This document shows positions 18,757-28,318 of a DNA stretch of 64,000 nucleotides, piece after piece. The stretch spans positions 32,001 to 96,000 of the forward strand of contig JBEKCB010000004.1 in assembly GCA_050015075.1 (NCBI GenBank), read 5' to 3'. Source of the DNA: Candidatus Brocadiia bacterium. GTDB lineage: Bacteria > Planctomycetota > Brocadiia > CAIUPP01. The notes beneath the pieces were generated by a model. It was not told the DNA's origin and did no database searches. It worked only from the letters and a program-made list of their open reading frames with translations. Both the position numbers and the translations under genes were made by a program. Each line of letters starts with the position of its first letter. Position 1 is the stretch's first letter.

Positions 18757-21048
18757 ATGAAGAAACTCTTGCAGTCGGCGGCGCTGGTTTCGGCTGCGCT
18801 GGCAATCGGGCTTGCGTTGGGCTGCGCGCAGACCCCACCGGTCAAGGTCCCGGCCGTGGCCCAGGAGCCGCCGGTGAAGGCCACGCCAACCCCGCCTGCG
18901 CCACCGCCGTCATTCCTGCCGGAGAAGGATCCGACTGCGCCGGAAGGGCTGCCGGTCAAGTACCTCGATGCCGCCGCCAACGTGCATCCGCGGCTGCTGA
19001 TCACCGCCGAGAAGGTTGCGCAGCTCAAGGCCTTTTACAACAGCCCCGAGGCCGCAACCTACCGGGCGCAGATGGAAGGATACGTCGCCGGATGCACGGT
19101 GCCGGCGGATCGCAGGACGAGTCTCTCCTGGGGACAGGAGTACGGCCTGTTCAAGATGCCGATGGTTGCCCTGCACTATGTGCTGACGAAGGACCCCGCC
19201 TCATTCGAGAAGTCGGTGGCGTACCTGAAATGGCTGGCCGGGACAGCCAATTGGACCCGAGGCGGCGAGCCGGCCGTGGCCGACACGCCGGAAGCCTATG
19301 CCCAGGTTATGGAGACATTGAAGCACTTCGAACCGCGCGGCGAGCGGAACAGCGATACGACCGCTTCGTTCACGATGGTCGGCGCGTCGCTCACCTGGGA
19401 CTGGCTCTATAACGATCTGGACCCGGCGTTCCGGGAGATGTTCCGCCAGGTGCTCTGGGAGCACGCCCGCGTGATGTACTACGGCGGCCACAAGGGCGGC
19501 AATCCCGGCGGGAACTACTGGCGCGGCAAGCCGGCGTACAATCACCGCTGGTTCCGCGACTGGGGCCTGACGCTCGCGGCGCTGGGCGCGGCCGAGGGCA
19601 AACCGGAGCAACAGTGGCTGCTGAGCGAGGTGGAGAAGGAACTCAAGTTCATGGCGGACTGGATGCCGTCGGACGGCAGCCAGCATGAAGGACCGGGCTA
19701 TGGCTCCAGCGCGGGCGCGCTGGGCATGGCCTTCGAGGTCTCGGACGATTTGAGCGGGACGCATTACCTCGACTCGCCGTTCTACCGGAGTGTCGGGGCG
19801 TACACGATGGAGACCACGGCGCCGGGCATGACCGAGTCGCTCTACTTCGCCGATTGCTGGACCAAGGAACTCGGTATGAATTCGTTCTTTCTGAAAACCG
19901 CGGCGATGCACAAGCAGCCCGACGTGATGGACGGCCTCAGGCATGCCCTACAAGTCCATTCGAAAGATTGGGGCATAGTGGATTCCGCCTGGGAGGCGCT
20001 GATCTACGATGATCCGAGCGTCACGGGCGGCCACTACGCGAATCTGCCCGCGACCGTGTTTCTTCCGGACCTGGGGATCTCCATCAGTCGCGACTCATGG
20101 CAGGACAAGGCCGTGGCGGCGATGTTCAAGTGTGGGCCGATGGGCGGCTATAAGGCCAACTCCTGGCGGCCGACCGCTAAGGAGCCCAACGGCAGCCTGC
20201 CGTACCTCAACGTGGCGCACGACCATCCCGACGCGAACTCCTTCATCATCTTCGGCGACGGCGAGTACCTGGCCGAGACCGACCGTTATTGCGAGCGGCC
20301 GGGCAAACTGTCCTCCAGCGTCAACACGATCCTGATCAACGGCCTCGGCCAGGTTGCGGACGGGCGACCCGAAGGAGATGACTGGCAGCAACCCGGCAAC
20401 GGCGACATGACCGATCAGGGCAAGATCACCGCGTACAAGGACGCCGGCGACGTGGTCGTGACCGAAGGCGAGGCGGCCGGGTCGTACATTCAGTACAACG
20501 ATGTCAAGACGAATCGGAGCCGCCCGGCCATTGACCGTTTCCGCCGGACTTTCATCTGGGTCAAAGGCGGCTACATTCTGACGTTCGACGATATCCGCTC
20601 GTCCAAGCCGGTCGAAATCACCTGGCTCATGCAAGGCGCCAAGCTCGAACCGGTGAACGAGGCCGAGGGGCGGTACAGGTTGGCCAAGGGCGACGCTCAG
20701 TGCGAGTTCCAGCTTGTGGCGGACGTGCCGCTCAAGTCGAAGATGGGCGTCTCAACTGCCAACGATCACAGCAAACTGATGAACTGGCAGCAACTCCAGG
20801 CCACCGCCGAGGGGACCGCCGTCCGGTACGCCTGCGTCGTTGACCCGTGGCACAAGAACGTGAAGGTCACGCTGACGCCCGACGGCCCGGACAAAACGAC
20901 AATCACAGTGAGCGGGCCGGGCATCGCCGACACGTGGACATGGGAGGCGGCCAAGGGTAAGTTCGAGGCAGCCACCTGGCACGGGTCGCGCCAGGGCGGG
21001 TTCGACGTTACGGTGAATGCCCAAACGGCTGTGCCGCCGGCGCCGTAA
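18757..21048 (+). CDS. Heparinase II/III-like polysaccharide lyase, probable lipoprotein
   Basis: LALGC lipobox, HPRLL, DGSQHEGPGY, AHDHPDANSF and NTILING motifs. Confidence 0.75.
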   Translation: MKKLLQSAALVSAALAIGLALGCAQTPPVKVPAVAQEPPVKATPTPPAPPPSFLPEKDPTAPEGLPVKYLDAAANVHPRLLITAEKVAQLKAFYNSPEAATYRAQMEGYVAGCTVPADRRTSLSWGQEYGLFKMPMVALHYVLTKDPASFEKSVAYLKWLAGTANWTRGGEPAVADTPEAYAQVMETLKHFEPRGERNSDTTASFTMVGASLTWDWLYNDLDPAFREMFRQVLWEHARVMYYGGHKGGNPGGNYWRGKPAYNHRWFRDWGLTLAALGAAEGKPEQQWLLSEVEKELKFMADWMPSDGSQHEGPGYGSSAGALGMAFEVSDDLSGTHYLDSPFYRSVGAYTMETTAPGMTESLYFADCWTKELGMNSFFLKTAAMHKQPDVMDGLRHALQVHSKDWGIVDSAWEALIYDDPSVTGGHYANLPATVFLPDLGISISRDSWQDKAVAAMFKCGPMGGYKANSWRPTAKEPNGSLPYLNVAHDHPDANSFIIFGDGEYLAETDRYCERPGKLSSSVNTILINGLGQVADGRPEGDDWQQPGNGDMTDQGKITAYKDAGDVVVTEGEAAGSYIQYNDVKTNRSRPAIDRFRRTFIWVKGGYILTFDDIRSSKPVEITWLMQGAKLEPVNEAEGRYRLAKGDAQCEFQLVADVPLKSKMGVSTANDHSKLMNWQQLQATAEGTAVRYACVVDPWHKNVKVTLTPDGPDKTTITVSGPGIADTWTWEAAKGKFEAATWHGSRQGGFDVTVNAQTAVPPAP

Positions 21049-21129
21049 CGCGGGAATGAGAGCATCACCTAATTCGAAAATGTCCGTGGCGTTCCGGACG
21101 ATTACTGACCGGTACCTGACTGGAAGTTC

Positions 21130-21173
21130 AGATGCCGTCGGTATCTATGAAGATACCGGCGGCATCTACTTTT
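21130..21173 (+). terminator. Probable intrinsic terminator
   Basis: AGATGCCGTCGGTATCT-ATGA-AGATACCGGCGGCATCT 17-bp stem (one wobble) followed by ACTTTT. Confidence 0.55.
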
Positions 21174-21542
21174 GGTTCGAAGTTCACCTGCGGCACGAGC
21201 CGGCATCCGGTAGGCAGCGCGGCCGGTGACGCAGTGCGAAACAGTCTAGCCAAGTTTGCGTTGCCGCTCTTCACAAAGTTCCACCGTACGAGTCGCTGGC
21301 ATGATCTTCTAGATACCATGCCAGTTCTCGCATACATGGTGCGGGGCCCATGCCGGTGAGAAGTCAGTCAATCGGCCTGAAGTTCGACCGGACCGGCTTG
21401 CTCGCCATCATGACCTTTGGCGTAACTAACGGCTGGAAAAGGGGTTGAGCAGGATTTATTCAAAGTGCCATAAAATGGGATACAATTCATATAAGGAGAG
21501 CGAGATACGAAGATGAGGACTTGAGGACAGGAGGGTTAAACC

Positions 21543-22202
21543 ATGCGCTACAACAAACTGATCTTACCAGTCGTGCTATCGCTGGTCACGCTTCCGTGGA
21601 CAGCGGCGGGAAGCGCAAGGGCAGCGGCAGGTCAGCCCGACGCCGGCTACCGAGCCGTAAGTTGGCCAAGCCCACCTGACCCATCTCCAGATACGCCGGG
21701 TAACCCGGACCCGAACCGTCCGGCTCCAAGTTTTCCGGGTCCACTCGTTCCGTCTCCAAATACCCCGGACAATCCGGACCCAAACTACCCGGCCCCAAGT
21801 CTTCCGGCGCCACCTGTCGCGTCTCCAAATACCCCGAGCAACCCGGATCCAAACTACCCGGCCCCAAGTCTTCCGGGCCCACCGGTGGCGTCTCCAAATA
21901 CCCCGACTAACCCGGACCCAAACTATCCGGCCCCGAGCCTTCCGGCTCCGCCCGTCTCGTCTCCGAATACTCCGAGCGACCCGAACTCGAACAACTCGCC
22001 TCCAAGCGCACCGTATCCAAGCAACCCGGCGCCCGGCGCGCCGGACAATAGTAACCCGGCTCCAAGCGCACCGGACTCAGGGAACCAGGCGCCAAGTGCG
22101 CCAGACAACAGTAACCCGGCTCCGAGTCCACCGGATTCAAGTAACCCGGCTCCAAGCGCACCGGACGAAAGCAGCCCGGAATCAGGTTCCAGCGATTATT
22201 AG
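21543..22202 (+). CDS. Secreted Pro/Ser/Asn-rich tandem-repeat protein
   Basis: GGAGG RBS, signal peptide, repeats with synonymous variation. Confidence 0.7.
   Translation: MRYNKLILPVVLSLVTLPWTAAGSARAAAGQPDAGYRAVSWPSPPDPSPDTPGNPDPNRPAPSFPGPLVPSPNTPDNPDPNYPAPSLPAPPVASPNTPSNPDPNYPAPSLPGPPVASPNTPTNPDPNYPAPSLPAPPVSSPNTPSDPNSNNSPPSAPYPSNPAPGAPDNSNPAPSAPDSGNQAPSAPDNSNPAPSPPDSSNPAPSAPDESSPESGSSDY
21684..22170 (+). repeat. Coding tandem repeats: 69-bp units (about 4) then 30-bp units (about 5)
   Basis: GTCTCC(A/G)AATAC recurs at 21752, 21821, 21890 and 21959; NPAPSAPD units follow. Confidence 0.85.
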
Positions 22203-22229
22203 GGCTCGGCGGAAAAGTCTACTCGCCGC

Positions 22230-23312
22230 TCACGACGCGCGCTTGGCCTGCGCCATCAGTTCCCGGGCCTCGCGAGCGCTCTTGACCGATGTCAGGATGT
22301 AAACTCCTCGCGCGCCGAAGCGCCTGACGAACCCCTCCACCGCGCGCGCGGGCAACGACACGTGAAGGCCCTTGCCGCCCTTGAGGATCTTTTCATACAG
22401 CGGGTACCAGCGCTCGTCTTCGTTCGGCGCTGCGCCCGACCCGGAGATCCACTGGATCGCATGCAGCCGCTCCAGCTTCAGAAGTTGATCCACGTGGCAG
22501 ATGCAGTTCGGCCCGTCAAGGTGATAAAGCACGCGGTCGAGGCCCTCGATCTGTTTCCTCACGTACGGAATGAAGAACTCTCCGAACTGGTCGGGAGAGA
22601 TCATCGCGCTGAAGTCGCACTGCACCTTGACCGTCCTGCCCGGCCCCCAGATGTGGAACGCTGTGAACACGCTGCCGCCCGCATCGTCCTTGACGAGGTT
22701 GTAGAACGCGTCGTAATGGATCTGGTAGAGGCGGTTGATGCGTTCCAGCCAGCGGCGGCACTGCTCCGGCCGGTCCATGAGGTCGTAAAGAAAGGTCGCC
22801 GGGCCGCGCATGGCCGAAAGGATGTCCGTGGACTCGACGAGGTCCGGGATCGTGAGGTACGCGTCCGCGCCGAACAGCTCTCGCAGCTTGCGGAACAAAT
22901 CCAGGTGCGCGCGCAGCCAGCGATTTTCCGGATCGTACTTCGGCAGCGGCGTATTCTCCAACGACTCGATGCAGGGCTTGTACCAGACCGTGTCCGGACT
23001 GAAGACGGGTTCGGAACCGAGGTAGAGCGACAGGCTGCCGGGACCGAGGTTCGCGGTGACTTCGGGCAAAGAGTCGCTCCCGAAGTCGTTATGCTCGAGC
23101 CAGCAGCGCGTACCCTGGATCAGGTAGTCCACATTCAGGTACTTCTGCGCAGGGTCCTTCGACTCCTTCGGCCAGGGCGTATCGCCCAACGGCGCGTCGC
23201 GCGGCGCATCAATGGCCATCAGCGGCCGGTCCACAGGCTCGCGATGCCACCACTTCTCGAATCGCTCCTGCGTCTCCGCCCAGTTCTGCTTGTACTGTGT
23301 TGATGGAGGCAT
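22230..23312 (-). CDS. Uroporphyrinogen decarboxylase-like / corrinoid methyltransferase-fold protein
   Basis: QCDFSAMISPDQFGEF, YHLDG and IQW motifs. Confidence 0.75.
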   Translation of the reverse strand: MPPSTQYKQNWAETQERFEKWWHREPVDRPLMAIDAPRDAPLGDTPWPKESKDPAQKYLNVDYLIQGTRCWLEHNDFGSDSLPEVTANLGPGSLSLYLGSEPVFSPDTVWYKPCIESLENTPLPKYDPENRWLRAHLDLFRKLRELFGADAYLTIPDLVESTDILSAMRGPATFLYDLMDRPEQCRRWLERINRLYQIHYDAFYNLVKDDAGGSVFTAFHIWGPGRTVKVQCDFSAMISPDQFGEFFIPYVRKQIEGLDRVLYHLDGPNCICHVDQLLKLERLHAIQWISGSGAAPNEDERWYPLYEKILKGGKGLHVSLPARAVEGFVRRFGARGVYILTSVKSAREARELMAQAKRAS

Positions 23313-23407
23313 GTCGGTTCCTATGTCGGCCGAGATTGATCGGCGATTCACGACCATCGCCGGACTCGGCGCCAATGTTACAGGCCCTGTGCGCCCAAAA
23401 GCAAGCG

Positions 23408-23436
23408 TTGACAAGTGCGGTGCCCTGCGATAGCAT
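23408..23436 (+). promoter_or_regulatory. Putative sigma70 promoter
   Basis: TTGACA-N17-TAGCAT. Confidence 0.55.
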
Positions 23437-23479
23437 ACCGCGACCTTGGCACTCCCTGGGGAGATTGAAAGGAAGAACC

Positions 23480-24343
23480 ATGCTGAAGATCGGAATCGTC
23501 GGGGCTGAGAACTCGCACGCCGTGCAAGTCGCCCGGTTGTGCAACGTCGAGAAGCAGGTGGAGGCGCGCGTGGAGATGGTCTGGGGCGAGAAGGCCGAGT
23601 TCGCGCAGAAGACCGCCTCAGACGCCCGGATCCCGGTCATCGTCAAGGACTGGCGCGCGATGCTCGGCAAGGTGGATGGCGTGATGATTGACCACCGCCA
23701 CGGAAAGCACCACTTCGAGCCGGCGAAATTCTTCCTGTCGAACGGCGTGCCCACCTTCGTGGACAAGCCGTTCACGTTCACGCTGGCCGAAGGCAAAAAG
23801 CTCATCGCCATCGCGCGGCGCAAGAAGACGCCCGTCACTTCGTTCAGCTCCAACCCGCTCCAGCAGAACTTCGGCGATTTCAAGGCCGCCGTCGCCAGGA
23901 TCGGCGAGGTGTACAGCGTGGCCACCGCCGGCCCGGCGGACATCGAGAGCCCGTGGGGCGGCGTCTTCTTCTACGGCATCCACCAGGTGGACGCGATCGT
24001 CAGTCTCCTGGGTCCCTGCGTCGGGACCGCGCGAATGTTCCGGCACGGCGACAACGCGGTCGCGATCCTCACGTACCCGAAGGGCCCGATGGTCACCATG
24101 ACCTGCATCAAGAACGGATTCCATCACTTCCACTGGAGCGCCCTCGGCGAGAAGGGCGCGGTGGATTGGGACCACCACGACGACACGAACGTTCTGCTCA
24201 AGGGTCTCCAAACTTTCCTGAAGATGTTCACGACGAAGGAACAGCCGTTCGAGGGAAGGCGCATACTCGCTCCCATCGCCGTGCTTGAAGCCATGGCGAA
24301 GTCGCTCAAGACCGGCAAGGCGGTGAAAGTGGCGAAGGTGTAA
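23480..24343 (+). CDS. Gfo/Idh/MocA oxidoreductase
   Basis: KIGIVG, FVDKP and YGIH motifs. Confidence 0.85.
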   Translation: MLKIGIVGAENSHAVQVARLCNVEKQVEARVEMVWGEKAEFAQKTASDARIPVIVKDWRAMLGKVDGVMIDHRHGKHHFEPAKFFLSNGVPTFVDKPFTFTLAEGKKLIAIARRKKTPVTSFSSNPLQQNFGDFKAAVARIGEVYSVATAGPADIESPWGGVFFYGIHQVDAIVSLLGPCVGTARMFRHGDNAVAILTYPKGPMVTMTCIKNGFHHFHWSALGEKGAVDWDHHDDTNVLLKGLQTFLKMFTTKEQPFEGRRILAPIAVLEAMAKSLKTGKAVKVAKV

Positions 24344-24499
24344 TCGCCATCACCGAAACGGAGGGAGTGCGATAAAGCGGACAGCCCAGGCGCAGCCTTA
24401 ATCGCCACGCTGTAATCCGAAGAATTCCCGCGCGGCCGCAGCGCCTATGCCCTTTGCGCGCGCCGCGCGTCAATCCGGCTTTGCCCCAGGCCGAACTAT

Positions 24500-24766
24500 T
24501 TATGCAGCTCCGGCGTTCGCCGTCATCCGCCGGGACGCGCCGACCGGTTGCTGACCTGCCATGCGCAACAGAACGCTATGCACAAGCCGGTCTTTGAGTC
24601 GTTCGTGCATTTGCCCCTGCTTGAGCGGCGTGACGATGATCCCTGCATCAAACCACTCCGCGATGACCTCTGAGTTGATGCACAGCCGCTCACCGTCCGT
24701 AGCCACCGGCGACCCCTCAGCAGGCTCCTGACTCAGAAAGGCCTCTACGACATCCATCTCGCTCAT
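24500..24766 (-). CDS. Small hypothetical protein
   Basis: AAGGGGG RBS before ATG; fills the intergenic gap. Confidence 0.5.
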   Translation of the reverse strand: MSEMDVVEAFLSQEPAEGSPVATDGERLCINSEVIAEWFDAGIIVTPLKQGQMHERLKDRLVHSVLLRMAGQQPVGASRRMTANAGAA

Positions 24767-24980
24767 GTTATCCCCCTTGCAGGCATCCATCGCATCCCCA
24801 TTCAAGTTCAACCTTCTGCGAATGCTATCACGGCCGCGTTCAGTTGAATATCGGGAACGCGTCCGGTCTTTCCCTAGGGGAATTCCTTACGGCGTTTGAG
24901 GTGCGTTCGACGCGGCCTCATTACGCAGACGCGGACGGTTGGACCTGCTGCGTCCCCGGACTCGCGTGCGGCGCGAGATC

Positions 24981-27900
24981 CTAATGACGGAAATGGAAAG
25001 GCTCGGGCGCCGCCGGCGCGGGCGGCACGGACGCCTTCTCCACCGGCGCGGGCGGCACGGACGCCTTTTCCGGCGACGCGGGCGGCACGAACAGCTTCTC
25101 CACCATCGGCGCCGGAGGCGACGCGAACGGCTTCTCCGCCGGCGTCGGTCCGCCTTCGGCAAGGTGGAGCTCAAAATTCACGCGCGGTTTCGTCGCGCCG
25201 GCCGCGGTGACGCTCTCCGGCTCGATCAGGAACAGGCGCGAGGCGTCGGCCTCCTGCGCGGCCAGCAGGTAGTCCCTCACCTTGGCGGCCCGGTTGTACG
25301 CCAGCCGCCGCAGGTCGTCGGGCGTGACGGCGGTGTGCTCCAGGAGCCGCCGCTCCATCTCCTCGCGCGGCACGTCCTTTGCGACGCCGATGAAGTTCCG
25401 CGGCTTGCCCGGAATGTCCTCGGCTCCGTACGCGAGCTTCAGGTACCGCTCGTACTCCTCCGGCGCGACCTGCACGTCCGCGAGCGACGCCACTGCCGCG
25501 CCCTGGCCGATCATCTCCTTGAGCTTCCCCGCCTTGATTTTCCGGTCGAAGAACATCTTGCGCAGCGCCTCCTCGTCCGGGCCGGAGACCGTCTGCGCCT
25601 GGATGTCCATCCGCAGCGCGGGCCGGTCGGCGAGCAGCTTTGCGATCGCATCCAGCTTCTTGACGCTGTCGGCGATCAGCACGTCGCTGCCGTAGTCGAA
25701 CTCCACGTAGCGCATTTCCTCGCTTCCGGCCAGGAACGCGAACGGCGACGTGACGGCTCGTTCGACCAGGTTGACGAGCGTTTGCACGATCAGGGGCCCC
25801 AGGCGGAACTTCGGATCGCTGAACGTGCCGCTGATCGGCACATCCAGCGTGATCCGCCCGAAGCGGTCGCGCAACAACGCGAGGGCGAACTTGATCGGCA
25901 GCTTCATCGCCGTCGGGCTGTCCACGTGATCGCCCAGCGTTAACTGATCGAGGAGGATGTGGACGTTCAAGCCCAGCTGCTCGCGGTGAATCACGCATTT
26001 CACGTCCAGGACGAGTTTGCCCTTCGTCAGCGGATAGCCGATGTATTTGTCCGAGAACGGCGTCAGCGAACTAAGCTGCACGTCACGGAAGGCGACCGTC
26101 ACGTCCACGAGGCGGTTGTCGCTCGCCGGCTGCAGCCGGCCGAAAAAATCGAGCGGGGCCAGATTGTCCAGCTTGGCCTGAAAGTGAAACTCTCCCGGCG
26201 CGGCCTGCTTCGTCGGGTCGAGCGCGAAGCCGGTAAGCGCCAGGTTCATCGCGTCCAGGCTCGTGTCGAAGTTCGGCTCGATGCTGCGGTCCTGGAACTC
26301 CATGCGCCCGTCGCGCAAGGCGATCTTGCCGATGGTCACGGATGCCGGCGGCGCGTTCTGTTGGGCCGGCTCGGGCGACGGAGCCACAGCCGGAGCAGGC
26401 GATGCCGCACCGGCGGACGCGCGCGGCGCAGTGGCCTCGGCCAGGTTCAGCGAGCCGTCTTTTTCTCTGACCACGTGCACGTCCAGCTTGTCCAGCAGAA
26501 TTTCCTCGATACTCACCGACGCGGGCGGGAACGCGACCTTGATCCCGTTGAAGCTCAGCGCGTCCCACTTGACCAGCTCCTCGCCCGCCTTGTCCAGCAC
26601 GGCCAGTTTATCCAGCGCCACGCGCCCGGTGAAACTGCCGGCGGGAGCGCCGTTCTCCTGCGAAGCGACCACGTCGCCTTCGACGAGCAACCGGCCGTCG
26701 GTGACCGGCGCCTGCAGCGCGCCGCTGTAGTACGGCGCGTATTTCGGCAGGTACAACCCGGCCAGGCGCAATTTCCCCGTGAGCGATTTCGCTTCAACCG
26801 AAAAATCCCCTTCGATGGAAAACGCCTCGTCCGATTCCGTCAGCATCTTGAAAGCGTATTCGCTCCTCTTGCCCGGCGCCATCGTGAAATGCTGAACCTG
26901 CAGGTCAATCGGCGAGAGGGTCGTCTTGAACGGGCTTGCGGCGGCTTCGTCGGTGACGACGACTTTCCCGGCGCTGAGGGCGATCTGGTCCACCTCGATG
27001 AGCAGCGGCGACTGAGGCGGTTTCGCCGCCGCGCGCTCCTCCGGCGCAGGCGCAGGCTCCCTCCCGGTCGAAGCCGGAGGCTGAGGCAGCAGCGCGAGCA
27101 GGTTCACCTGCCTTTCGCGCGACCGGGCGATGTTCAGTTCCGGCTCGCGGATCAGGATTTCCTTCAGGGATACTTGACCCGTCAGCGGTTGCAACGCGAG
27201 CCCCGTCAGCCTGAATTCCGGCAGCCGCAGCACCGGCTGATCGGCGAGGTCGGCGACCGTGAGGTTCGAAACCGCCGCGTCGCCGCGGATGCTCAGCGAC
27301 GGCGCCCCGGCTTTAAGTTGGACGTACGAGAGCGTCAGGGCCAGCGTCAGGCTTCCCGAAGGCACCTTGAAATTCAGCGGCATCGGCGCCTCCGGCACAT
27401 AACGCGCCAGGTCCAGGTCTTGCAGATTCAAGTCGAGCGTCGTCTCCCGCGAATCCTTGAATGGCCGGGTCGCCCCGTCGAGGCGGATCAGGCTCCCGTC
27501 CAGCCGTGCGGAGAAGTGCGGCTGAACGTCCGTCTCGATGTAATAGGCGAAATTGGAGACGAACGGGACCGCGATCTCGATTTCTTCCAGCGAGTGCTTC
27601 CTGCCGGAGACGTTGTCCTCGTAAAGAATCCGGCCGTTATGGAGCTGGATGTCGTTGAACGAGAAGCGGAACGGCTTGCCCTTCGGCTTCTCCGGCGCCG
27701 CCTCTTCCTTCTTTGGGTTCGTCAGGTCGGAGTAATTGAAGCGGTTTGTGTCCTCGCGGACGATCCGGACCATCAGATCATCAACGTACACCGCGCCGAT
27801 GACCGGCGCCAGTTTCCATGCCGAGGCGAGCTTGGCGTTGGCGTAGATACTGCCGACGCTCACAAAATCGTCCGCGGAGTCGCGGTCGCTCACGCGGATA

Positions 27901-28118
27901 CCGCGGACCGTGAGCGACAGCGCGTACGGGTTCACGCGGATCGAGTCAATCGTCACGCGCCGCGAGAGCGCCTCCGAGGCCTTGCGCTCGGCGATGTGCC
28001 TCGCCAGCGGCGGCAGGACCAGGAAGAAGAATACGTTGAACAAGACGAACAGGACCAGCAGGACTTTGTAGATGCGCACGGCCCGCCGCCCGCGCATCCA
28101 CGGACGAAGCAGTTTCAT
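24981..28118 (-). CDS. DUF748 domain (AsmA-like) protein
   Basis: N-terminal TM, NPYALSL, repeated beta domains, LPIKFALALLRD..G.I..DVPISG motif, OmpA-like tail. Confidence 0.88.
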   Translation of the reverse strand: MKLLRPWMRGRRAVRIYKVLLVLFVLFNVFFFLVLPPLARHIAERKASEALSRRVTIDSIRVNPYALSLTVRGIRVSDRDSADDFVSVGSIYANAKLASAWKLAPVIGAVYVDDLMVRIVREDTNRFNYSDLTNPKKEEAAPEKPKGKPFRFSFNDIQLHNGRILYEDNVSGRKHSLEEIEIAVPFVSNFAYYIETDVQPHFSARLDGSLIRLDGATRPFKDSRETTLDLNLQDLDLARYVPEAPMPLNFKVPSGSLTLALTLSYVQLKAGAPSLSIRGDAAVSNLTVADLADQPVLRLPEFRLTGLALQPLTGQVSLKEILIREPELNIARSRERQVNLLALLPQPPASTGREPAPAPEERAAAKPPQSPLLIEVDQIALSAGKVVVTDEAAASPFKTTLSPIDLQVQHFTMAPGKRSEYAFKMLTESDEAFSIEGDFSVEAKSLTGKLRLAGLYLPKYAPYYSGALQAPVTDGRLLVEGDVVASQENGAPAGSFTGRVALDKLAVLDKAGEELVKWDALSFNGIKVAFPPASVSIEEILLDKLDVHVVREKDGSLNLAEATAPRASAGAASPAPAVAPSPEPAQQNAPPASVTIGKIALRDGRMEFQDRSIEPNFDTSLDAMNLALTGFALDPTKQAAPGEFHFQAKLDNLAPLDFFGRLQPASDNRLVDVTVAFRDVQLSSLTPFSDKYIGYPLTKGKLVLDVKCVIHREQLGLNVHILLDQLTLGDHVDSPTAMKLPIKFALALLRDRFGRITLDVPISGTFSDPKFRLGPLIVQTLVNLVERAVTSPFAFLAGSEEMRYVEFDYGSDVLIADSVKKLDAIAKLLADRPALRMDIQAQTVSGPDEEALRKMFFDRKIKAGKLKEMIGQGAAVASLADVQVAPEEYERYLKLAYGAEDIPGKPRNFIGVAKDVPREEMERRLLEHTAVTPDDLRRLAYNRAAKVRDYLLAAQEADASRLFLIEPESVTAAGATKPRVNFELHLAEGGPTPAEKPFASPPAPMVEKLFVPPASPEKASVPPAPVEKASVPPAPAAPEPFHFRH

Positions 28119-28318
28119 AGCCGCCCCCGATGAATCGTTGCCCTCAGTTGCGAACCTGGTTCCCTGCGCCCAAACCGATTATAACCGTGCCATTGGAACC
28201 AAACAACCCGCTTCCCGTAGGCAGGCACGAAACAAAAAACGCGCCGTCACGTGGTTTTTGGTGTATATTATGAGGCACTGAGCGAAGGTTTCGCGTGAAA
28301 CAGGGAAAATTCGCAGCG

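Noticed and set aside
25005-25110. 30-bp repeats at the end of the DUF748 gene
   Set aside because: Ordinary low-complexity Pro/Ala tail.
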